Positions 37,036 through 50,933 of a stretch of DNA of 64,000 nt are shown in pieces (the first letter of the stretch is position 1; every line of letters begins with the position of its first letter). Position numbers and translations under genes: made by a program. The notes beneath the pieces are model-generated. The model saw only the letters and a list, made by a program, of their open reading frames with translations. It did not search any database and was not told the origin of the DNA. The stretch covers positions 112,034,001 to 112,098,000 of the forward strand of contig NC_043001.1 of assembly GCF_006345805.1 (NCBI RefSeq), read 5' to 3'. The stretch comes from Octopus sinensis (taxonomy: Eukaryota).

Positions 37036-37386
37036 TGATCTGGATTGCGAAAGTTTCTGGCAAAATTTTGATTTCTTGAATTATATGTCAAATGATCTCT
37101 TATTCTGTCCAACTTGCATTTTTCAAAGAAACATTTTTATTCTATTGTAAATTATTTAGTTATAAACCACTTCCTACAAAATTTATTGTAAAGAACGAAC
37201 ATGCTTTAAAGTATATGCAGTAAAAAGCCCATTCCGAAAAAAATTATGTAGAAAATAAATATCTTTATTTTAAATCTTCGTTCTCTAATTTTGGCCACTA
37301 CTGTATGTATATATATATATATATATATATATAATTATACACGCGCTGACCCCTTGGTGGAATAGATTTTTACCCTTTATTACTAT

Positions 37387-37450
<64 letters not shown>

Positions 37451-37544
37451 GTACGCGCTTGTGTGTGTTTGTGTTTGTGTGTGTGTGTGTGCGTTTCTGC
37501 GTCTGTGTTTGGGTGTGCGTGCGTGTGAGTATTTTCTTTTATCT

Positions 37545-37768
37545 TTTTTCTTTTACTTGTTTCAGTCATTTGCCTGCGGCCAAGGTGGGGTACGGCGTTT
37601 AGTTGAACAGATCGACCGCAGATTTATTCTCTGTAAGCTTAGGTCTTATTCTGTCGTTATATTTTGCCGAATCGTTAAGTTATGGGGACGTACACACACC
37701 AACATCTGTTGTCAAGCGATGAACAGGAACAAACACCTATACACATAAATACACACATGCACACACAC

Positions 37769-37799
<31 letters not shown>

Positions 37800-37955
37800 G
37801 TCTTTCAGTTTCCGTCTACTAAATCCTCTCACAAGGCTTTAGTTGACCCGAAGCTATGGTAGAAGTCGCGTCCACAAGGTACCACGCAGTGGGACTGAAC
37901 CCAGAGCCATGTGGTTGGTAAGCAAGCTTTTTACTATACAGCCACTCCTGTGTCT
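37545..37955 (-). mobile_element. SINE family A, diverged full-length copy
   Basis: Diagnostic head, core and tail blocks. Confidence 0.85.
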
Positions 37956-38557
37956 ATGTATATAATGGAAACGTATCTTGTAGCTATATCTTACAAATAA
38001 AGTTGGTCTTAGTAACCTCACAAGGATACGTTTACGTACAACTGTTCATACAATATTTCAACCAAGCTTTTGGACGCTACGAAACATCGAGACAATTGAT
38101 GTTGAACGTGCAGCGAAATCAAAGCAGCACATATATTGGTGAAAATAATGAAAAGCTGTTCCTGGCAGCTTCTTTTAAATTATTACTAAATTTTGGTCTC
38201 TTATCATTTAATTTGTAGTCACTTGCTTGTCTGAACGATACTTACATCAAAAACTATATTAATGACATGACAATCAAATTACTAGCTCTCAAGTGCTCAC
38301 GCAGTTTTATATATTATAGGGAAGCACACACATACGCACACACATACACAGACACACATACACACACGCATGCCCATATGCTGAATGCAAACTCAGACGT
38401 AGTTATGCAGTACCCTTGTACATGCATACACACGAAGACACACCGAAGCAAAAATAGTGTCAAATACAGCTATACCGCGCAGTACGAGTTTAATTCGTTC
38501 CATGGCCGAGCTAGTCCTAGGATTTACTCGTTTTACAAGTCAATTTTCTCTAGTGTA

Positions 38558-38719
38558 GGTGCAGAAGTGGCTGTGTGGTAAGCAGCTTGCTTACGAACCA
38601 CATGGTTCCGGGTTCAGTCCCACTGCGTGGCACCTGGGGCAAGTGTCTTCTACTATAGCCTCGAGCCGACCAAAGCCTTGTGAGTGGATTTGGTAGACGG
38701 AAACTGAAAGAAGCCCGTC

Positions 38720-38757
<38 letters not shown>

Positions 38758-38986
38758 GTATGTATGTATCTATGTGTGTGTGTATATGTTTGTGTGTCTG
38801 TGTTTGTCTCCCCAACCGATGCTGGTGTGTTGACATTCCCGTAACTTAGCAGTTCGGCAAAAGAGACCGATAGTATAAGTACTAGGCTTACAAAGAATAA
38901 GTCCTGGGGTCGAGTTAGTCGACTAAAGGCGCTGCTCCAGCATGGCCACAGTCAAATGACTGAAATAAGTAAAGAGTAAAAGAGTA
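38558..38986 (+). mobile_element. SINE family A, full length
   Basis: Head, core, central (TA)n, tail gactaaaggcgctgctccagcatggccacagtcaaatgactgaaataagtaaagagtaaaagag. Confidence 0.93.
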
Positions 38987-40064
38987 TTGAAATTAACTAA
39001 ATTATAATTAATCCATTCCAGCCCCAAAAAAATCCACTCAAAAATAATTTTTTAGTAGGTTTTAAAAGAGAAAAAGTGTAGTTACTAGTAAAATTACAAT
39101 TATAAAAACGAGATTGCAAAAGAAATATGTAAACTGGTTTTATTAACTGAATTACCTTAAAGAAAGATTTCGTGTGCTCGTGTTGCGGTATTCCGCTCGT
39201 AATTCAAGACAAAACTTTTCACGAGTCTCGGTTCGTACAGCAAATTATTCGTACAATAGTTTACTGGTACTGCGATGTTCCATTGTAACTTATTTTGACA
39301 GCAGCAGCGGTGGTGGTGGTAGTAGTAGAAGTAGTAGTATAGTAGTTGTAGCAGTAGCAGTAGTGGTCGTTAGGGTGTCTGTTCTGTTATTAGTAGTATT
39401 ATTTCTAGAACTATTCGCAGTAGAGGAAGAAAGGAAAGGAAGAAAATAAAAACTAACTTAATTTTTAAAATAACATAAAGCTAAGAACGCCGAATAATTA
39501 TTAATCAAGGAGAGGGCGGGGATGGATGATATCGAACTAAGTTACTAATTAACTAACGAACAATCAATCAAACTGCTGAAGATTGCTAAAACGAGTCTGA
39601 AACTCGGAACAACTTATAAGATGTTAAACAAGTACTACATACAGATATAGTTAAAATGATTATATAAGTAAAATAAATGTTACTGAAACGAAAACAAAAT
39701 TGAAAACCAAATGGCTGGAATAAAATATAACTTTAGATTCGATACGTAATTATTCTCATCAAAACATACATTCCTTCACTGATTGCAAGGGTAATCGATA
39801 ACTAATTTTATGTTGTATACCAATAGTAGCTGGTTGTCCTTTTATCTTTATATGGGACACGGCGCTTCGGGATGACGTCATATACAAATACACGCATGCG
39901 CAGTTATACAGGCTTTCAACCCAAGGCTATTCTAAATTATTTGCGTTGGAGTAATCTGGTCGATATTTTAGCAAAGTTTTCTGCTGGGTGGATAAATATC
40001 ATTTTCTTCGTGTTCTGTTTATCCTTCAAATATTTTAGCTGCTTATGAATATTGATTTGAAATG

Positions 40065-40268
40065 TTGGTACAAGGAGAGCAATATCTTGGGAGCGGGTAT
40101 GTCGATTGCATCAACCTCAGTACTTAACTGGTACTTGTTTTATTGAGAGCCAAAAGCATGAAAAGCAAAGTCGATCTTGGTGGGATTTGACTATAGTTCG
40201 TAAAGAGCAACGAAGTGCCGCTAAGCATTCTGCCTGGCGTTGTAGTGATTCAGTCAGCTGGCCGCTAT
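40065..40268 (-). mobile_element. SINE family B, old diverged copy
   Basis: aactggtactt...gcatgaaaagcaaagtcgat...gctaagcatt...cagctggccgc. Confidence 0.6.
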
Positions 40269-40370
40269 AACTTTATGAATATTCATCAGCAGTGCTTATC
40301 TATATAACTATAGATATATGGAAACATGCTTCAAAGACACACACACAGATACACTCAATACACTCACACA

Positions 40371-40856
40371 TGGTTGAATGACCAAATCCGAGTTTCTCTG
40401 CTAGTTCCTCAACATTTACGATGAGATTTTGTTCTACCAGGGTTTGCAAAACGTCCTCGTCGAGCTCTACATATAACCCAGGACGTGGCTCGTCTTCTGG
40501 CTGTAGTATTTGGCTCGGAATTTCTGGAACCACCGGTGACTCTGGCTTACGCTTATTGTCCGATCCCCATATACTGCATTAATATTCCTCGCACTTTCTG
40601 TTGCGTTGTTGCCTTTATTGAACCCATAAAGAAAACTATGCCAAATACTCTCTTTTGTCACTTCCATTATATCTTTAAAAAACATAACTTTTAAAATCCA
40701 GCTGCACTCTTCGAAACTTGTACTATGAATAAGTACAAGGTAATATTACTACCTGCTTCAACAGCAAGTTGATGTAGGTAGTTTTTCTCCGTCTCATTCC
40801 GACTTTTAGTTCATGCAATTGAAAAACAAAAACAGCATTATTTATGGGAGGACCGA
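40371..40856 (-). mobile_element. mariner 5' fragment (left TIR and DNA-binding domain)
   Basis: TA|TCGGTCCTCCCATAAATAATG TIR-like end at 40858. MEVTKESIWHSFLYGFNKGNNATESARNINAVYG...WFQKFR, EDEPRPG...LVEQN..VEELAEKLG. Confidence 0.78.
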
Positions 40857-41336
40857 TATGTATTTCAAGACAGTTATTTTAATATTCATAAAGCATTATT
40901 CTTATCATGGAATGTAGTGTTAAACGGCAGATTTTGATGTTCCATGGGCAGATAAAGACTGTCTAATCCATTCATATAAATGCTAGCATCTATTTGCTAT
41001 TAATATGTACAAGCAGCCAGGTTCTCTACGAGCAGCATACGGGTGTCTATTGTGTTTGACAAAAATCAAAGAAAACCAGAAATTTGTTTCAAAATTCAAA
41101 AATTCTCTGATAAATATGTTGCTTACTTTGATAGCGAAGCTAAAATTAGGTTTTTATTGAAGAACACTGTGCCTTACATTTCAAAGTGTCGAAAGATGCT
41201 GTCTATGCATAATGAAATCACATATATACACACATACACACAAACACGCACAGGCACATAAAGGCAAGCATATATCAATAAGTGAATGCATATGCGTACA
41301 TGCAACTCTACATATACACACACATATACATATATA

Positions 41337-41946
41337 TTCTTCTCTACTCTAAGCACAAGGCCCGGAATTTTTGGGGAGGGTGCGTTTAGTCGATTAATTC
41401 GAAACCAGTACGCAACTGGTACTTAATTTATCGACCCCCAAAAATAATATTTTCCACTCTAGGCACAAGGCCCAAACTTTTTTGGGAGATGGGGCTAGTC
41501 GATTAGATCGACCCCAGTATGCAACTGGTACTTAATTTATCGACCCCTAAAGGATGAAAGGCAAAGTCAACCTCGGCGGAATTTGAACTCAGAACGTAAA
41601 GACAGACATAATACCTATTTCTTTACTTCCCATAAGGGGCTACAAACAGAGGGGACAAACAAGGACATACAAAGGGATTAAGTCGATTATATCGACCCCA
41701 TTGCGCAACTGGTACTTATTTAATCGAGCACGAAAGGATGAAAGGCAAAGTCGCCCTCGGTGGAATTTGAACTCAGAACGTAAAGAGAGACATAATACCT
41801 ATTTCTTTACTACCCACAAGGGCCTAAACACAGAGGGGACAAACAAGGACAGACAAACGGATTAAGTCGATTATATCGACTCCATTGTGTAAGTGGTACT
41901 TATCTAATCGACCCCGAAAGGATGAAAGGCAAAGTCGACCTCAGCT
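41337..41946 (-). mobile_element. SINE family B multimer (~184-bp units, duplicated tail, head missing)
   Basis: Repeated atttgaactcagaacg at 41581 and 41765; tail blocks at 41340 and 41455. Confidence 0.9.
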
Positions 41947-42435
41947 CCAATCTTGAATATATCTGTTTTTCTCTGTGATGAAAATTTTCCAAGAGTACAG
42001 CTTGATGTTACAACATATCTTACTTTCATTGGTTCCATTAAAATTTGAGACTAAGCATTTTCAACAACCAACTATGCTAAATCAAGGTTAAACGACGAGC
42101 ATATATGTCTAGTATGTCTGGCATGTCTGGTATGTCTGCTTTCTTGTCAAAAATAATAATGCTGACTGTTGCTGGGTCTGATGTAATCTTTGTTATTCAT
42201 GATCATGGAAGCTCATTATAATCCTTGCTGAATCTCGTGTAATACGTACACAATGCACACTTATACAGTGGTTTCACAGTTATAAAATCATAAAAAATAA
42301 TCACGAACAAGCACGCATATACTTTTAAGTTGATATACACACACACATACACGCATAGACATCTGTATTTTTCTGAACTGTCTTCATATGTACACACACA
42401 CATCTGCATACCCTAGATAATTAGGAAGCGAATAT

Positions 42436-42439
<4 letters not shown>

Positions 42440-42493
<54 letters not shown>

Positions 42494-42526
42494 TATATAA
42501 TATATATATATATTCATGTATGTATG

Positions 42527-42587
<61 letters not shown>

Positions 42588-42767
42588 GTATATATATTTA
42601 TATAATATATATGTATGTATGCATCTATCTATCTATCTATCTATCTATTTATCTATTTATCTGTCTGTCTGTTTTTCTGTCTATCTGTCAGTCTGTCTGT
42701 CTATCTATTATCTCGCTTTCTCTCTCTCACTTCCTCTGTATACACACACACACAAATATATATATAT

Positions 42768-42825
<58 letters not shown>
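42440..42825. repeat. Compound (TA)/(TATC)/(TGTC) microsatellite
   Basis: Directly visible. Confidence 0.9.
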
Positions 42826-42828
<3 letters not shown>

Positions 42829-44082
42829 CGTATAATGTTATACGACTTAGTTTTTCTTTTGAAAATAAAATGACGGAGGCAGAAAATTACTTGAAATGAA
42901 AAAAAAACATCCATAATTTATAGTTATTTACCTTTTAACTCCAAAAAAATTAAATATCTATATTTATTAATTTACACCTCAAAATCAAAGGTTACACTTC
43001 AACACATGTTAATTAAATGTACTTTGAAAATCGTTACATAAATAATGAGAGAGGCGAACGGTACATTTATCACTTCGGAAAATGAATTAAAACTCGTTCT
43101 TTTACGTTTCAGCTCTAGTACACTTTTGAGCAACTGTATTCTGAAAAATTAATACTGCTAAATTATTTATATTACATGTAGTACATTTTGGTACTGATAA
43201 GCGTAAGCTGTTTGATTTATACTTCTCAATTGGTAAAAAGCTTAAAACATGAGCTTTCAACACCGTAAACATGAATAAATTTACGGTTTGTCTTTTGCTA
43301 AGTTTCTTAGTCTTAATATATAACTATTAGATAAGAATATCCACCGGTTTTTATACGTCGACTCTAACCATATATCTACATATTGCTTCTGTAATATTAG
43401 TTCATTAGCTGAAATTTCATTAGGCCTAAACCATTTTAAAATTTCGTGTGTGAATATATATTTTCGTTACATCCGTGTTATAAAACCAATTATTACAATC
43501 GAATTAAACAAAGAAGCCATGGGTATCTAGAGACCCAATGTAGCAGCAGTTCAATGCAAACGCTGTAGATAAGCCAAAAGGGAATCGTCTATGCGGCCGC
43601 CCCATTTTCCTGAAATCAGCAGTTCTACTCCCTATCTTCTTAAAACAAAAAATATATATTTGACAATGTGAATTTTTTATTACCCACAAGGGGCTATACA
43701 AAGAATGGGACAAATACAAGACGTGATAAACATAAACTCGGGGAACTTAAAAATATGAAAAGAAGATGAAATAAGAAGAAAAAAACTAAAAGAAACGAAT
43801 GAAAATATGAAAGAGTATAAATGAGGCGCAATGTCCTCTCGACGCCCGAAGTCGAGTGGTTACATTTCGACAGTTTTTTTCTTTTTCATAAAAGGAATTT
43901 CTATTTCAATAGTTTTCTTTTTATCACAAAATTACATTAGAATTTTTCTTCTCAGCTTTTCGAAATCGATTACAGGAGGTAGAATCTTATGCAACGAACA
44001 CAATTTCACCATTTTTTACATATTTAGCAAATCCATCCATGAATCTTTCATACCTCTCCCTAAATATCACAATACCTCTATC

Positions 44083-44497
44083 GAAGGCAGAAACGTTAGC
44101 ACGCAGGGCGAAATGCGTAGCGGTATTTCGTCTGCCGTTACGTTCTGAGTTCAAATTCCACCGAGGTCGACTTTGCCTTTCATCCTTTCGGGGTCGATAA
44201 ATTAAGTACCAGTTACGCACTGGGGTCGATGTAATCGACTTAATCCGTTTGTCTGTCCTTGTTTGTCCTCTCTGTGTTTAACTCCTTGTGGGTAGTAAAG
44301 AAATAGGTATTTCGTCTGCCGTTACGTTCTGAGTTCAAATTACGCCGAATTCGACTTTACCTTTCATCCTTTCGGGGTCGATTAAATAAGTACTAGTTAC
44401 GCACTGGGGTCGATGTAATCGACTTAATCCCTTTGTTTGTCCTTGTTCGACCTCTCTGTGTCCAGCCCCTTGTGGGTAGTAAAGAAATAGATATCAA
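44083..44497 (+). mobile_element. SINE family B dimer flanked by one 12-bp TSD
   Basis: ggtatttcgtctgcc at 44122 and 44306 (period 184). TSD aatacctctatc at 44071-82 and 44498-509. Confidence 0.9.
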
Positions 44498-47400
44498 AAT
44501 ACCTCTATCATCTGCATCAAAACTGTTTCCTGATATCTTCACTCTCACCAGTTCCTTCACGTTCGAATTTTTTCTTTCGGCAGCCACACTTTTCTCATAC
44601 GTTATAAACGCACCCTCATATTTATATACTTTATTTTCTGTTTCCTCCTCTCTCTCTCTCTCTCTTGTATATTGTTACCGTTCTTGCTTTCTACTGAATG
44701 CACTTTTGCATTAGATTTCTTTCTTCTTTGGGGGCTTATAACCCAATCATTCCCCTCCTTTGTCTCTTTCACCTCACTTTTCTTCTTCTCTTTACCTTTC
44801 TGGGTACCATCCTCCTCTGTTTGTAACTTCTCCTCAGATATTTGACAATGTGGCCGTTCATTCATCACACGAATGAATGATAAGCTCTTGAACCCGTTTA
44901 ATTGTATGTCAATTTGATCACAGTTGATCCAAGGCCAAGTAACTACTTGCGTTTCAGATTTTGTAACATTTTCTTAAATAATTTTTGTTTTACCTATTTA
45001 TATTTCAAGTGTTTGTTGTCACATATCAAGTGTTTTAGATAAATATATAAAATAAAATGCATATATATATAAAAGCTAAATGCTTCTAAAATACTTGTAA
45101 ATATTGTCGATTTATTTTCAAATAAATGTTTTGAAAGGAACTACTCATATAGTTAATTGAGCATTAGATTACTTCCTAAACATTCAATGAAGTTGTAGTA
45201 TCATGACTATACCTTGGGAGACATTCAAAAGTCGCTTCTCATTTTATTAGTAGTAAAATAGAAGGTATAGAAAATATTTTTGTTTGCACAAAGTTAATAC
45301 GGGTGCCTTCAGGACAAAGAATGTATATAGACATTCTCGGTGCACCTTCCTCATAAGCGCCCAAAGGTTTTTATTTTTTCATTCACAAAGTATTTTGACG
45401 TTTTGTTTCATAATTATGTTACCTGTGTATGGAAAATGAATATTTAATCATTAATTTGATTTCCCTGCACTGATTAGACTTATTTACCAGAGTCTAAATC
45501 AAATCAAAATAGGGAAAAGAACCGGAAAGAAATACTGGATTTGTCTTTTTAAGGACCCAGAATATTAGTTGTCATTTCACAGAAATAGCTTGATAGTCTG
45601 TCTAAAACTCCGCATACGGGATGCCAGTAGGTTCTAAGGGTCATCAGAAGAGAATGCACCCCATTTCGGGCCTTCATCTCTGTATACTTATTAATATTAT
45701 CTACTTAATAAAAGCAGATGTTTTTACTGATACCTTAGCCGGACTTGATCTAGTAGTCCAATGACCATAGTCGTTGTAGCTGTGACCACATCGAAATTCT
45801 CAACAACCGTTATTTTTAATCTATATTAACTATTCTGTAACTCATAGGGTCTAATGCTTGGTTGATATTTACGAGGGATTTGGCTGCTATTGATACCTAG
45901 TTACATGTCCATGAACATGGAAAGTCGTTCTTTTAAATAATGTGAAAAGTTCAGAAAATGAGGTGCGAAGAAACTCCTCACCTTCCGAAAAGAGTTGGAG
46001 TGTTTTTGAATATAGAGGAGTATTTAAATTCCTATTTGATATTCATTTAGCCTACAAAACTTACGATTAATACAAAATTCCGTTGATTACTCCGATGTCT
46101 CTACGGAATAAAATTTCCATTTTTGGAGAAAGAATGAATGTAGAGATATGTAAAATAATAGGAGTATAGCACTATAATGGTAATCGACCAGCTAATCTGT
46201 AGATCTACCATTGAGTCTAGACCAGAATGGCTGCAACAAAAGAACAAATATGACTCCAACATCGATATTATTGCAGCATATTTATATCATACTATAACTA
46301 TAGCATCTGACTCATAGAAACATCCGATCTCCTTTACATGTTAATTTCTTCACAGGAATTCACAATATAAGTGGATAGAAAGATGATATAACGTAAATAC
46401 TAATGTAAGATAATATATTAGTACTAAAATGCTGGTAGTCATTCTATATACCATCCTGTGGGATATGGTTACGTTAAATTATATCAAACGTTCCCGGCAT
46501 CGTCGTTTCGCTTAATTGTTATGTGACTAATAAAATAAAGATCAACGTACCCCTAACAGACACTCCGCCACAGACGACTCAAGGGCATAAGACGTAAAAA
46601 TGCTTCTCAAAAGCTAATAATTATATTTTAACTAATTTATTATAAAGAATGATCAAACAATGATTAATTACATTTGTTACATCAATGAAAGGGGCTTTCC
46701 ACAATGTGGTACCGCGATTAATAATAAAGAATCAATTGGCTGAAAATAACAACTCAAGCTTAGGTTAACAATTGAAAACAATGATAACAATGAAAGTAAA
46801 TATCAAATATGCCACTGATTCTTCGATATTGCGTTGAAATATTAGAAATAATTAATTTAGATATTAATCAATCATACGTAAATGACATGAATTCCAAACA
46901 AGAAATATTTCCTGTATTTCAGTAAAATATTAAGAAATTAATTGAATCTTTAAAGAACATCTGTCAAATAAATATTACTGTATAGATCTCTATGTATATG
47001 TAAATAGCATATTTAGAACCTGAAACGCTAGACAAGTCTAGGGGGAAGAAGTAGTATGAAAGGGAAACGAAACGAGAAGCGAGGAAGAAGCAGACACAAG
47101 GTGAGGGAAGCACTGAGGGGCTAAAAAGGGTTGACGTCTACGTAAATGATTGCTGAATTTTATGGAATTCTACCAAATTCCATTATGAAACGTTATCACT
47201 TCCGTTTCCTAAAGTAAGTCGAAACATGGTCTGCAGAAATGTCACACGATAATAAGGGAATAATAGAATTGACCGTTTTGTTTAAGTGATTGGTAAGAGT
47301 TTGGCCAGGATTACGTCTGAGAAATTCTCAAAACCAATAGAAGCAAAGCAATTATACATTTACAAAACATGAGTAGCTACCACTACTGCTAACTTTTGCT

Positions 47401-47997
47401 ATAATACATTCAAATATGTCTAAGTGAAATTCCTCAAAATGAGGATGGATTTATGGCTTTGACATTTGTTCTACCTCTTCCTCTATCTATAAATAGAAAA
47501 GAATCTTGCTTGTCTCCATTGAACCAAGAATAGAAATCTCCTCCCCACTGATAGAGCTAAATAACAAAGTGAACTCAGTGATAAATAATCTACCGATGGA
47601 GGACATGCTACTACCATGTTCTTAATGATGAAATTAACCTCTCTGTCTATATATCTACCCTCTGTGTAATGTTAGCAAATTGAATAAGCATAAAAAATGT
47701 GCATTGTCCGTTTAATTAAAAAAATTCTATTAAAACTGGTGTAATACTTACAGTGTTTAATAAAATGAAGTAGCATGAAGCAATTGTACTACACTACTTT
47801 GGATATCTTTGTTGCTTATTTTGATTTTAATCACCCCATTTGATATATATGGATAATACCATACCAAATTCTAACTTAAGTATCATATTCATCTGAATCT
47901 AAATTTTGATGAAATTTTACGGATTCCCGCATATGTGTGTGTGCGTGTGTGTGTATATGTGTGTATTTGAAGGTGCGTTTATGTGTGTGTGCTTACT

Positions 47998-48035
<38 letters not shown>

Positions 48036-48709
48036 CGTGTGTATACACATACACAAATACATACAGACACATACATACACAGATACATACACACACATAC
48101 ATACACACATACATTCATATATACATACACACACACACATACATACATACATACATACATACATACATACATACATACATACATACATACATACATACAT
48201 ACATACATAATTATGTTAAGTACGCATGTACAGGTGTAAGCCGAGCTGTATGTTAAGGTATATTTAGACAAATATTCTACAGTTTATATTTCAGTGTTCA
48301 CTCAGACAAGATAAATATATTGTACTGTGAACTGTGAATACTTCTAATTGCAGGTGTATCTTTAAATGGTTTCAAAATATTTTGGTATTGGTATCGATAT
48401 GCATGTATATCTTCTTTAGTAAATCAATAATTATTTACACACCGAACAGATAGATATCATCTTAATTATTTCAGAGTAATTATTTCCATGAAAGTAGCAA
48501 TAAATCTGAGCCTAATGCATAAATCATAACAATGTGGATACAAAATAGGTTCAGCGCGCATTCAGATCATTAATCTAATATAGTCATTAATCTAACTCAC
48601 ACATATGCCAATTAAAATGCCCTTCAAATATGTACGTATGAAGCAATATTTCCTCAGTTACTACGTACACACATATACACACACACACACACATACACAC
48701 ACATATATA

Positions 48710-48930
48710 GTAAATCTACTCAAAACGAAGGACAAGCACAAAAATATCAACAACGCGAAGACGTGGTACATGTAAAGTATTAGCAGACGCTCAGGGAAGG
48801 AAAGAAAAGTGGTTTAACAATTCGAGCAAAGCTCTTCTTCAGAAAGAGAGGAAAGTCCAAAGGAAAAAGGAAAATGGAGGAAAAGAAATCGCCAACGATT
48901 GACATTTTGAAATGACCAGAAGGGAATATA
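48710..48930 (-). mobile_element. HHR repeat related to family G (hammerhead relic 48812-48846)
   Basis: Minus strand reads CUUU CUGAAGA A GAGC UUU GCUC GAAUUGUU AAAC; the downstream flank resembles family G. Confidence 0.6.
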
Positions 48931-48954
48931 TATATATATATATTTATCGGTAAT

Positions 48955-49854
48955 CCTCTCTCTTGGTGTGTAGGTTGGTGAAGTACCTCCGTCTTTTTGA
49001 GGCAGACCTCCAGGCCAAAGAGCCTCGAGGCGTCTGCAAAGCAAGACGTGTTGCGCTGCAGAGCTCGATCTGTGTGGGCGACAAGGACAGCAGTATACAA
49101 ACCTGGGCTGCATCATATCATTCGATGCAAGGATCGACAAAGAAATTGAAAATAGACTCTCTAAGGCAAATATGTCCTTTGGCAGATTGTACAAACGTGT
49201 TTGGCACAATAATAACCTGACGAACAAAACAAAGAACAGTGTCTACAAGGGCCGTGGTTCTCACCACTCTTCTCTATGGCTCAGAGACCTGGAACACTTA
49301 TCGCTGTCACATCCGTCTCCTCGAGCGCTTCCACCAAAGATGTCTCCGCACCATCCTCAACATTCACTGGAGTGACTTCATCACAAACATTTTAGCCTTG
49401 GAGCTGCCCGAGATCCCCAGCATTGAAGCCATGCTACTGAAGTCCCACCTCCGATGAGCAGGGTATGCCTCCAGAATGGAGAACCATCGCATTCGTAAGA
49501 TTGCTCCGTTTGGCGAACTCTCCGTTTGGCGAACTCTCCGTTTGGCGAACTCTCCATTTGGCGAACTCTCCACATGTCATATTAACCACCAATGCTGGTC
49601 AGGCCTGGGTGTGGACCGTGATGTCTGGCACCACACAATCTTCAACGAAGTCAGCAAGTTTGAGGAAAAAAGAAGAGACGCGCTTAAAGACAAGAGACGC
49701 AGGAGGAAGGCGCGAGCCGCCTCTGACACCACACTGGACACTGCTGTGGACACTGCTAACGGACCTGCCTTTCCTATATCGGACTTGCCAGTCATGAGCG
49801 TGCATGCACGCAACGTGGACAGCCTTCCTGATCTTCGTTCGCGAAGCCGAGCCA

Positions 49855-49857
<3 letters not shown>
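48955..49857 (+). mobile_element. RTE/BovB-like LINE 3' fragment with an inverted 5' segment
   Basis: Plus strand: YTNLGCIIS.DARIDKEIENRLSKAN.SFGRLYKRVW, RAVVLTTLLYGSETW, LERFHQRCLRTIL, a C..C...SH..C finger relic, and tail atcttcgttcgcgaagccgagcca. Minus strand 48955-49094: AVLVAHTDRALQRNTSCFADASRLFGLEVCLKKTEVLHQP. Confidence 0.88.
49506..49569 (+). repeat. Four tandem 16-bp units (ccgtttggcgaactct) inside the RTE
   Basis: Units start at 49506, 49522, 49538 and 49554; the last has 1 mismatch. Confidence 0.95.
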
Positions 49858-49890
<33 letters not shown>

Positions 49891-49915
49891 ATATATATAT
49901 ATATACACTCACATA

Positions 49916-50103
49916 GGGGGAGAATTCACAAAAGAAAATAAATAAAAAGACGAAGACAGGTGGTGTAGACAACAAACAGATATATCAGTATAACGCTCGG
50001 GAAGTGAAAATGTCTTTAACGTTTCGAGCCTACGCACTTCCACAGAAATGAACACAGACAGAAACAAGGAGAGGAAATAAAGAATGTGTTGTGGCTTGCG
50101 ATC

Positions 50104-50107
<4 letters not shown>
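49916..50107 (-). mobile_element. HHR family G copy (hammerhead motif 50014-50049)
   Basis: Minus strand reads AUUU CUGUGGA A GUGC GUAG GCUC GAAACGUU AAAG; homologous to 34716-34870. Confidence 0.8.
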
Positions 50108-50152
<45 letters not shown>

Positions 50153-50749
50153 CACACACACTAGCTCATACCCATATACACACACAAAAAAGCATACACT
50201 CACACGCACATACATATAAAGATGTACAGATAAATAGCTATTTAAATAGTTTACGACTACGTGCGCATATTTTATATATGGAAGTATATAACGTCCTAAC
50301 GTTTCTGATAGCTTGCCGCCTTCTCTCCTCCAAAGATATCATTTTCTTCTTCTACGAAATAATGCATATTCTGGTTCTGTATATTTCCATCTAGATTAAG
50401 ACGCAATCTGAAATTTCTTCACTATTAATATGTAGACTAGAGTCTGAGTTAAGGTATCCGATATAGTAAAATTCTATATTCTTAGTCTCCTATACAATAC
50501 ACCATGTTATAAGCTCGTAGTTCCATACAAATATAATGGATTATTAATACTTAGATTTATGAATACAAAAGATTCGAAAGTTTCCCAAAATATTTATTTA
50601 ATCTATTATTCTTAACCATAAGTGTTGAAACTGATTTCAAAATAGATTTCGACGCTTCACTTAATCTCAGTACTGAATATTAGAAGCCTAATGATATTCT
50701 GTATTTAAAGAAATAGATATCCGAACGTTTTAATATATATATTTTAACT

Positions 50750-50762
50750 AGACTTCTCTCTC

Positions 50763-50825
<63 letters not shown>

Positions 50826-50834
50826 CTAGCTAGC

Positions 50835-50932
<98 letters not shown>
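50750..50932. repeat. (TC)(TA)(GA)(GCTA)(GATA) compound microsatellite
   Basis: Directly visible. Confidence 0.95.

Positions 50933-50933
<1 letters not shown>

Noticed and set aside
41337-41946. Regularly spaced conserved blocks resembling a CRISPR array
   Set aside because: The whole ~184-bp unit is repeated, so there are no unique spacers; this is a SINE multimer in a eukaryotic context.
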